A stretch of DNA of 64,000 nt, from assembly GCA_963768035.1 (NCBI GenBank), contig CAVYGJ010000002.1, positions 401,079 to 465,078 of the forward strand, read 5' to 3'. A program made the translations under genes and the position numbers. This DNA is from an uncultured Chloroflexia bacterium (GTDB lineage Bacteria; Chloroflexota; Limnocylindria; Limnocylindrales; CSP1-4). Below, piece after piece: positions 57,139-64,000 of this stretch. Under the pieces are notes generated by a model, which was not told the origin of the DNA, ran no database searches, and was given only the letters and a program-made list of their open reading frames with translations. Within the stretch, counting starts at the first letter, position 1; the number at the start of each line of letters is the position of its first letter.

Positions 57139-57734
57139 CGGCGGCTCCGCCCCCGCGACCCTGACCCTCGATCGCCGTGCGCCGTCACGACGATGCCCCG
57201 CTCCTCGCCGGTCACCCGGGGCGGGATGAGCCGCCAGAACTCGTCGCTCCCGTCGGCGGCCGTGGACACGGACGTCGCGAACGTCTCGAGGACGCAGCCG
57301 TCGCCGAACGTGATCGCGAGGTCGCCAGCCCGCGTCCCCCGCACGGCCGCGACGACGTGCGCGCCGTCGGGATCGTGGGCCACCCACTCGTCGACGAGGT
57401 CGTCTCGCCGCGTCCGCGGGGCGTCCCGGGCGACGAAGTCCCCGCGCGCGACGCGTGAGTCGCGTGGCGGGAAGAAGTAGTCGCCGTACCCGACGAGGAT
57501 CTCGCCCTCCAGGGTGATCCGCCAGATCTCCTGGATGTGCAGCCGGTAGGCGGCACCGACGCCCGTCGCGCCGGTCCCCATTGCGGGCATCACGCCGAAC
57601 CCGAACGTGGCCATGTCGACGACCCGGCTCGCCGCCGTCAGCGGCAGGCCGACGAGGGGTGCGAGGGCTGCCTCGATCTCGCGCCTGATGTCCGCCTCCT
57701 CGCATGGTCGCGCCGGCCGCGCCGATCCCGCCAC
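56820..57734 (-). CDS. hypothetical protein; start and 3' end uncertain
   Basis: Good coding signal only from about 57170 to 57700 (EEADIRREIEAALAPLVGLPL...DMATFGFG...IVVTAHG). As sequenced, the frame continues 318 nt antisense into the 883-aa gene. An alternative +1 frame ends at TGA 57128-57130. Confidence 0.4.
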   Translation of the reverse strand: MAGSARPARPCEEADIRREIEAALAPLVGLPLTAASRVVDMATFGFGVMPAMGTGATGVGAAYRLHIQEIWRITLEGEILVGYGDYFFPPRDSRVARGDFVARDAPRTRRDDLVDEWVAHDPDGAHVVAAVRGTRAGDLAITFGDGCVLETFATSVSTAADGSDEFWRLIPPRVTGEERGIVVTAHGDRGSGSRGRSRRQPLNSDSWSPVRSTAGSSPISGSRSAIPTRSRRTQSRRWFALRKCQLPTSSSRRRSGDRSSLWRTSSARSGSTTRNRTSRSSVGRRAWRRSTGSPSIAVHSTSHR

Positions 57735-57876
57735 GCCCGCGCACGCCGCGGGCACCGAATGAGCGTGCGCGCGGGCGCCCCACTGGTCAAGCGCGCGATA
57801 CCCTCGGTCGTGCACATCCACGCCGCCCGCCATCGCCGGGCGCGCAAGCCGTCGACCTATCAGGGGGTGCCCGCCC

Positions 57877-59562
57877 GTGACCGACATCGCCAGCCAGCAG
57901 AGCGCCATGGACGCGATCGGCGACGCGTACTGGGAGGAGGCGCTGCGGCTCAACCCGACGGCGGCGACGGTCTACGGCGACGAGCGCTACAACCACCTGC
58001 TGCCCGACCCCTCGGCTGCCGGGCGCAGGGCCGAGATCGACGCGGTCCGCCGCGCGTCCGATGCCGCGGACGCCCTCCCGGACGCGGAACTCTCGAACGA
58101 GGACCGCATCACCCGCGCCATCTTCGCCGTGCTCGCGAAGCTTGCCGAGGAGGACGAGTCGCTCCACGCGTACGAGGTCCGCGAGGTCGACCAGATCTAC
58201 GGCCCGCAGACGGTGCTGCCCCAGGTCGCGACGTTCCAGCGCGCCGACACGCCCGAGCTCCTCGAGGCGTGGCTCGAGCGCCTCCGCGCGTACGGGCCGC
58301 ACATCGACGCGCACATCGAGGTGCTCCACGAGGGCCGGGCGTCCGGCCGGACCGCCGCCCGCATCGTGGCCGAGCGCACGATCGACCAGGTGCGGCGCCT
58401 CGTGGACACGCCGCTCGACCAGGCCGTGATCCCCGCGCTCTCGAAGGTCGCGACGGACGAGGACCGCGAGCGCGTCCGCGAGGTCGTCCGGGACGTCGTG
58501 TACCCGGCGGACCGGCGCTACATGGAGGCGCTCTCGGGCGAGTACCTCGCGGCGACGCGCGACGTTCCCGGGATCGTCTCGGCGCCGGGCGGGGAGGGCC
58601 TCTACCGCCACTTCATCCGCCGCTGGACGACCCTCGACCTGGACCCGCGCGACGTCCACCAGGTGGGCCTCGACGAGTACGCCCACATCGACGAGGAGCG
58701 GCGGACGATCGCCCGTGGCGCGGGCTTCGGCGACGACGTGGACGCGTACCGCCGTTCGCTCCTGGCCGACCCGGCGAACCACGCGCCGACCGTCGAGGCG
58801 CTGCTGGAGCACGTGACCCAGGCCATCGACCGGGCCGGCGCGGTCGCGCCCCAGGTGTTCGGCCGGCTCCCGCGCGCGTCGTGCATCGTCAAGGCCGTCG
58901 AGCCGTTCAAGGAGAAGGACGCGCCGCCCGCGTACTACTACCCGCCGACGATCGACGGCTCCCGGCCCGGCACGTACTACATCAACACCGTCGACCTCGA
59001 CGGGCTGGCCCTCCACAAGCTCGCCGCGTACACGTTCCACGAGGCCATCCCGGGCCACCACTTCCAGATCAGCCTCGAGATGGAGCACCCGCAGCTGGGC
59101 GTGTTCCGGCGCCTGGGGACGCGCGCCGTCACCGGCTCGTACGTCGAGGGCTGGGGGCTGTACGCGGAGCGGCTGGCCGACGAGCTGGGCCTCTACCGCG
59201 ACGACGGGGAGCGGCTCGGGATGCTCGACGCACAGGCGTGGCGGGCGGCGCGGCTGATCGTGGACTCGGGGCTCCACGGCCTCGGCTGGACGCGCCAGCA
59301 GTCGGTGGACTGGCTGCTCACCGCGGGCCTCACGCCGACGGACGCCGCGATCGAGACCGACCGCTACATCGCGTGGCCCGGGCAGGCCCTCTCGTACATG
59401 ACGGGGATGCGCGAGATCCGGCGGCTGCGCCAGGAGCTCGAGGCGCGCGACGGCGACCGGTTCGACATCAAGGCGTTCCACGACGAGCTCATCGGCCACG
59501 GCTCGCTGCCGCTGGTCACGCTCACGACGGAGCTGCCGCGCTGGGTCCGCCCGAAGGCCTGA
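57877..59562 (+). CDS. DUF885-family protein (metallopeptidase-like)
   Basis: HEAIPGHHFQ motif, GWGLYAE, IDRYIAWPGQALSY. Confidence 0.85.
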   Translation: MTDIASQQSAMDAIGDAYWEEALRLNPTAATVYGDERYNHLLPDPSAAGRRAEIDAVRRASDAADALPDAELSNEDRITRAIFAVLAKLAEEDESLHAYEVREVDQIYGPQTVLPQVATFQRADTPELLEAWLERLRAYGPHIDAHIEVLHEGRASGRTAARIVAERTIDQVRRLVDTPLDQAVIPALSKVATDEDRERVREVVRDVVYPADRRYMEALSGEYLAATRDVPGIVSAPGGEGLYRHFIRRWTTLDLDPRDVHQVGLDEYAHIDEERRTIARGAGFGDDVDAYRRSLLADPANHAPTVEALLEHVTQAIDRAGAVAPQVFGRLPRASCIVKAVEPFKEKDAPPAYYYPPTIDGSRPGTYYINTVDLDGLALHKLAAYTFHEAIPGHHFQISLEMEHPQLGVFRRLGTRAVTGSYVEGWGLYAERLADELGLYRDDGERLGMLDAQAWRAARLIVDSGLHGLGWTRQQSVDWLLTAGLTPTDAAIETDRYIAWPGQALSYMTGMREIRRLRQELEARDGDRFDIKAFHDELIGHGSLPLVTLTTELPRWVRPKA

Positions 59563-59605
59563 GCGTCTGCGGCCGGGTCCCGGCCTCGCTCGCGGTGCCG
59601 GGTCC

Positions 59606-59760
59606 CTGGAGACCATGAGATCGCCCAGCGCGGGGGCCGATGGGTCCCGCCGGAGTGTTCGACACCACGACAGCGCCTCCGGCGGGCGCCACCGCGGTCT
59701 CTGAGGCCGCGTTTCCGCCAACACGTGGGGTCTGTGGGCGATCTCACGGTGCTGGAGACC
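59606..59760. repeat. nested inverted-repeat element bounded by direct repeats CTGGAGACC
   Basis: TGAGATCGCCCA (59616-59627) pairs with TGGGCGATCTCA (59735-59746). The inner stem CCCGCCGGAG (59646-59655) pairs with CTCCGGCGGG (59677-59686). CTGGAGACC occurs at 59606-59614 and 59752-59760. Confidence 0.7.
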
Positions 59761-59799
59761 GCACCTCGGGGCGCCGCGCGCCGCCGCGGCGAACCGAAC

Positions 59800-61182
59800 C
59801 TACGAGTCGAAGCCGATCCCGAGCGCGTCCATCGCCTGGAGGAACAGGCCCCGCCGGCCCTCGTTCGAGTCCGCGGCGATCACCGACCGGCGCATGACCT
59901 CGACCGCGGGCGTCCGGGCGGGCTCCGGCGGGATCGGGAACGGACGCGAGCGGACGAACCGCAGCCGGAGCAGGTCCGAGTCCGGGCGAAGGACGGTGTC
60001 GCGCAGGATCCCCGCCGCCCAGCGTGTCGCCCCGACGCCCAGCCCCGTGTACCCCAGCGCGTAGTGGACGCGCCCGCCGAGGGCGTCCCCGAACGTGACG
60101 CTGAACCGCGTCGAGGTGTCGATCGCGCCGCCCCAGCGGTGCGTGAACCGGATCCCGTCGAGCTGGGGGAAGGTCTCGACGAAGTGGCGCGCCAGGGCGT
60201 CGAACGTCGCCGGCCGCGCGTCGTACGCGGGCTTGACCGCGTTGCCGGGGTGGTAGATCGCGTCGTAGCCGCCCCACAGGATCCGGTCGTCGGCCGACTG
60301 CCGGAAGTAGTGGAACTGGTTGCCCGCGTCGGACATGCCCTCGCGGCCGGCCCAGCCGATCGCGTCCCGCTGGCCGGCGGTCAGCGGCTCGGTCATCAGC
60401 ACGTAGTCGTAGACGGGGACGAACGTCGAGGCGAGTCGCCGCATCCACGCGCTGTACGCGGACGTCCCGACGAGCACGTGGTCCGCCTCGACGATGCCGC
60501 CGCCCTCGACGTGGACGTCGACGCGCCCCGCCCGTCGCTCGAGCCTGCGGACCCGTGAGCCCTCGGCGATCCGTGCGCCGCGACGCTCCGCCGCCGTCGC
60601 GAGCCCCCACGCGAGCTTGGCCGGGTTGACCATGACGCAGCGTTCGGGACCCACCCGGACGCCCGCCAGGAAGCGCGGCGAGTGGACCTCGGCCTGGATC
60701 GCCTCGCGGTCGAGGAACGTGAGCGTCTCGCCGTACCGGGCGGCGAGATCGACGTACTCGTGGAGCCCGTCGACCTGCCACGGCTCGGTCGCGACGTCGA
60801 GCGTGCCCGTCTCCTCGAGCTCGGCGTCGATCCCCTCGTTGCGGACGAACGCCACGAGCTCGCGAAGGTTGCGCGCGCCCTCGGCCTCGAGGACCTCGAG
60901 CTCGTCCTCGAAGTGGAGGATCCCGTTGTGGAGGCCGTGGGTCAGCGACGCCGCGCAGAACCCGCCGTTGCGGCCGCTCGCGCCCCAGCCGACCCGGTCC
61001 GCCTCGAGGACGACGACGCGCAACGTGGGCTCGGTCTCGAGCAGCCGGATCGCGGACCACAGCCCGGTGAAGCCCCCGCCGATGACGGCGACGTCGGCCC
61101 GCACCCGCCCTTCGAGCGGCGGTCGCGCCGGACCGGGATTGCCCGTCGAGAACCAGAACGAGCCGCCGGCGGGGAGTTCCAT
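59800..61182 (-). CDS. FAD-dependent oxidoreductase (DAO family, gamma-glutamylputrescine/amine oxidase-like)
   Basis: ATG 61182. DVAVIGGGFTGLWSA dinucleotide fold. GASGRNGG. Confidence 0.85.
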   Translation of the reverse strand: MELPAGGSFWFSTGNPGPARPPLEGRVRADVAVIGGGFTGLWSAIRLLETEPTLRVVVLEADRVGWGASGRNGGFCAASLTHGLHNGILHFEDELEVLEAEGARNLRELVAFVRNEGIDAELEETGTLDVATEPWQVDGLHEYVDLAARYGETLTFLDREAIQAEVHSPRFLAGVRVGPERCVMVNPAKLAWGLATAAERRGARIAEGSRVRRLERRAGRVDVHVEGGGIVEADHVLVGTSAYSAWMRRLASTFVPVYDYVLMTEPLTAGQRDAIGWAGREGMSDAGNQFHYFRQSADDRILWGGYDAIYHPGNAVKPAYDARPATFDALARHFVETFPQLDGIRFTHRWGGAIDTSTRFSVTFGDALGGRVHYALGYTGLGVGATRWAAGILRDTVLRPDSDLLRLRFVRSRPFPIPPEPARTPAVEVMRRSVIAADSNEGRRGLFLQAMDALGIGFDS

Positions 61183-61433
61183 GACCTGCGCAATGTACGC
61201 GGATCGGCCAGCCTTACGCCACCACACGTGCGGGATTCGCACGTGGATGACGCCTGTGGGACGATATTCGCGTTGACGTGCCCACACGCCGTGTGGCACG
61301 ATCCGCCAACCTGTTGCGCATCCCGCAACGCCTGTCCCGGAGAGCGGGTCAGGGAACGGGAGAGCCCCGGCGCCATCCTGAGAGCGGATGACGCGCCCGC
61401 GAGGGGCAAAGGGGTCCACAGCCTGGAGGCACC

Positions 61434-62797
61434 ATGACCGCCGAACCCGCGTCGCGCACCACCCCGAGCCTCACCCGGGACCAGCAGCTCGCCCTCTACC
61501 GGCGCGCGCTGCGGACCCTGCCGGGCGGCACGAACTCGAACTTCCGGGCGTGGGGCGATGCCACGATCTACGTGGACCGCGGCAAGGGCGGCCACGTGTG
61601 GGACGTCGACGGCAACGAGTTCATCGACCTGCGGCTGGGCTACGGCCCCGTGATCCTGGGCCACGGCGACGACCGGGTGGACGACTACGTCAACGAGCGG
61701 ATGCGGCTCGCGGCGTCAGCTTCTCGCTGACGAGCGAGGACGAGGTCCGCGCGATGGAGCTCGTCAAGGAGCTCAACCCGTGGGTCGGCAAGGCCCGGAT
61801 GACGGTCTCCGGCACGGAAGCGACGATGCACGCGATGCGCATCGCGCGGGCCTACACGGGTCGCGACAAGATCGTGAAGTTCGAGGGCCAGTACCACGGC
61901 GTCCACGACTACGCGCTGATCAGCGTGGCCCCGGACAACATGGCCGAGCTGGGCGACGAGGACAACCCCGTGGGCCTGGCATGGGGCCGCGGCATCCCGG
62001 GCGACGTGGCCAAGACCATCGTCCCCGCGCGCTACAACAACATCGACGCCCTGCGCCGGCTGTTCGAGCGCCAGGGGAGCGAGATCGCCGCGATCATCGT
62101 CGAGCCGGTCCTCGGCAACGCCCAGGGGATCATGCCCAAGCCGGGCTTCCACCAGGCGATGCGGGCGCTCACCGAGGAGTTCGGGATCCTCCTGATCTTC
62201 GATGAGGTCAAGACGGGCTTCCGGTTCGCGAAGGGCGGCGCCGCGGAGTTCTTCGGCATCACGCCGGACATCGCGACGTACGCCAAGGCGATGGGCAACG
62301 GCTACCCGGCCGCGGCCTTCGCCGGCACCGACGAGGTCATGTCCGTCCTGCCCGACAAGGTCAGCCACGGCGGCACCTACGCCGGCAACCGGGTCGCGGC
62401 CGCCGCGGCCGTCAAGACGCTCGAGATCCTGCGCGACACCGACGCCCTGGACACGATCAGGACGACCGGCGAGCGCGTCCAGGCCGGGCTCCGCACGCTC
62501 CTCGACGCGAAGGGCCTCGCCTACCACCTCACCGGCCACCCGTCGATGTTCGGCGTGATGTTCACCGAGACGGTGGCGTCCGAGTACCGCGACTGGGCGA
62601 ACACCGACCACGAGCTGTACGACGCGATCGCGATCGGCATGCACGCCCGGGGCGCGATGCCGGAGCCGGACAGCCGCGAGCCGTGGTTCATCTGCGAGGC
62701 GCACAGCCAGGGCGACACGGTGGACAGGGTGCTGTCGATCTTCAGCGACTCGCTCGATGCGGCCCTCGAGGCCCGCGCAGGCGGCGAGATCGCATGA
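61434..62797 (+). pseudogene. class III aminotransferase (glutamate-1-semialdehyde aminomutase-like), one -1 frameshift as sequenced
   Basis: LPGGTNSNFR ... GYGPVILGHGDDRVDDYVNERMRLA is in one frame. GVSFSLTSEDEV... FDEVKTGFR (PLP lysine) is in the -1 frame. One base appears to be missing at 61707-61712. Confidence 0.8.
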
Positions 62798-63564
62798 CGC
62801 TCGACGGGAACGCGGTCCGGTCCGTCGACCGGGCGGCCGCGCTGCTGCTGGCACTGGGGGAGAGCCACGGCGAGGCGGGGGTGACCGAGCTCGCCCGGCG
62901 CCTCGGCCTCCACAAGTCCACGGCGTCGCGGCTGCTCGCGACGCTCGAGAAGCGCGGCCTCGTGGAGCAGGACGAGGAGAGCGGCAAGTACCGACTCGGC
63001 CTCGTCGTGATCCGCCTCGCGAACCGCGCGGAGCGCACGCTCGACCTGCGCTCGATCGCGATGCCCGAGCTCGACAAGCTCGCGCGCGCCACGCGCGAGA
63101 CCACCGGGCTCGGCGTGCTCGACGGCGACCAGCTGCTCACCGTGGCGCAGGCCGACGGCCCGAACCTCGTGGCGATGGGGGACTGGACGGGCCGCTGGGT
63201 CCCGCTCCACTCCGTCGCGGGCGGCAAGGTCCTCCTCGCGAGCCTCCCGGAGCGCGAGATCCTGCGCCTCGTGCGGCGCGGCCTCGACCGGTTCACCGAG
63301 CGCACGATCACGCAGCTCGAGCCGCTCCTCGAGGAGCTGGCCCGGGTGCGGCGGCGCGGGTACGCCACCGCGTTCGGGGAGTACGACGGCGCGCTCAACG
63401 CGATCGCGGCGCCGGTCCACGACGCGCGCGGCCAGGTCATCGCCGCCGTCGACGTGTGGGGCCCGTCGTTCCGGGTCACGCCGCGCCGCGTGCCGGAGCT
63501 GGCCCAGCAGGTCCAGGAGGCCGCAGGCGCGATCTCCGTCCGACTCGGGGGAACGGCCGCCTAG
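62794..63564 (+). CDS. IclR-family transcriptional regulator
   Basis: ATGA overlap with the aminotransferase stop. wHTH VTELARRLGLHKSTASRLLATLEKRGLV and a C-terminal effector domain. Confidence 0.88.
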   Translation: MTLDGNAVRSVDRAAALLLALGESHGEAGVTELARRLGLHKSTASRLLATLEKRGLVEQDEESGKYRLGLVVIRLANRAERTLDLRSIAMPELDKLARATRETTGLGVLDGDQLLTVAQADGPNLVAMGDWTGRWVPLHSVAGGKVLLASLPEREILRLVRRGLDRFTERTITQLEPLLEELARVRRRGYATAFGEYDGALNAIAAPVHDARGQVIAAVDVWGPSFRVTPRRVPELAQQVQEAAGAISVRLGGTAA

Positions 63565-63609
63565 CGTCGCGGCCACCCCGCGGCGTGGGGTTCCACTACG
63601 CTTGGGCGC

Positions 63610-64000
63610 ATGAACCTGACCGCGGCGGACGTCCAGGCCCAGATCGTCGACTGGATCCGCGACCCGATCGCGCCCGATCCTGCTGATCGTCGGCATCACG
63701 CTCGTCCTGCTCCGCCTCGCGCGGATCTTCGTCCACGGGATCGTCAAGGCGCTGCTCGACCGCGAGCTGACCGAGGGCACGGCCCAGGAGCTGTCCGCGG
63801 TCGAGATCAAGAAGCGGATGGACACGCTCGAGGGGCTGGGCACCAACGCGATCCGCCTGTTCGTGATCCTCATCGCGGGCGTCATGATCCTCGGCGAGCT
63901 GGACCTCGACATCGGGCCTGCCGTCGCCGGCCTCGGCGTCGTGGGGATCGCCGTCGGCTTCGGCACCCAGAGCATCGTCCGCGACTACTTCACGGGCGCC
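63610..64000 (+). pseudogene. MscS-family mechanosensitive channel, 5' part (continues past window), one +1 frameshift as sequenced
   Basis: MNLTAADVQAQIVDWIRDPIAP is in the ATG 63610 frame. ILLIVGITLVLLRLARIFV ... GLGVVGIAVGFGTQSIVRDYFTG continues in the next frame, with the extra base at about 63674-63676. Confidence 0.75.

Noticed and set aside
61330-61436. Possible glycine riboswitch in the aminotransferase leader. GGAGAG occurs twice, along with CGCCCGCGAGGGGCAA and CTGGAGGCA, which resemble conserved glycine-aptamer strings.
   Set aside because: I could not build the P1/P2/P3 helices around these strings. The GAAGG core is interrupted, and the 3' element coincides with the ribosome-binding site. 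A cmsearch with RF00504 would settle it. I expect a sub-threshold score.

Overview
Very GC-rich chromosomal segment (roughly 70% G+C or more by eye; third codon positions are almost all G/C). It looks like an actinobacterium-like or other terrabacterial genome. I can support about 60 protein genes, and most are core metabolism. In order along the window: (1) a mannose-activation operon (ManC-like 3' fragment, phosphomannomutase, PMI-type cupin). (2) A small SWIM zinc-finger gene. (3) A three-gene secreted/lipoprotein operon containing a variant metzincin. (4) A cobalamin riboswitch with a terminator/antiterminator platform in front of BtuFCD-like ABC transporter genes and an aminotransferase. 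(5) A divergent amine/amino-acid catabolic cluster: an M20 peptidase and GcvT-family aminomethyltransferase, facing a kinase-M23-class-III-aminotransferase fusion, followed by two tandem CrtI-like flavoenzymes. (6) An ECF sigma module, surE, an AI-2E transporter and trpS. (7) hom-thrC-thrB, then lysC and birA. (8) A second sigma/anti-sigma pair followed by one long, translationally coupled acetyl-CoA carboxylase plus type II fatty-acid synthesis operon (accD, accA, BCCP-like::accC, fabZ, a metallophosphoesterase, fabF, accB, fabH, fabG, an RmlC-like cupin). (9) Two tandem GAF-GGDEF diguanylate cyclases. (10) A DNA-related neighbourhood: PolX, a divergent nuclease-like orphan, a TPR/HIRAN-like acidic protein, and an 883-aa methyltransferase-like/zinc-ribbon/nuclease-like orphan. 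(11) A DUF885 protein, a DAO-family oxidase, a class-III aminotransferase with an IclR regulator, and the 5' part of an MscS channel gene. I saw no rRNA, tRNA, CRISPR array, transposase or integrase. The most important technical observation is that at least nine conserved genes, including lysC and birA, are broken by single-base frameshifts. Eight of the nine behave as one extra base. This points to consensus indel errors rather than gene decay. The most interesting biological signals are: the 883-aa multidomain orphan; an AccB paralog lacking the biotinyl-lysine fused to AccC; a shared TGCAT-N7-ATGCAGGCTGRATRGC operator-like motif in front of two catabolic operons; a 155-bp nested inverted-repeat element; and GTAC-core motifs in front of both GGDEF genes. 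All functional calls come from reading the translated sequence and recognising motifs. No database search was run.
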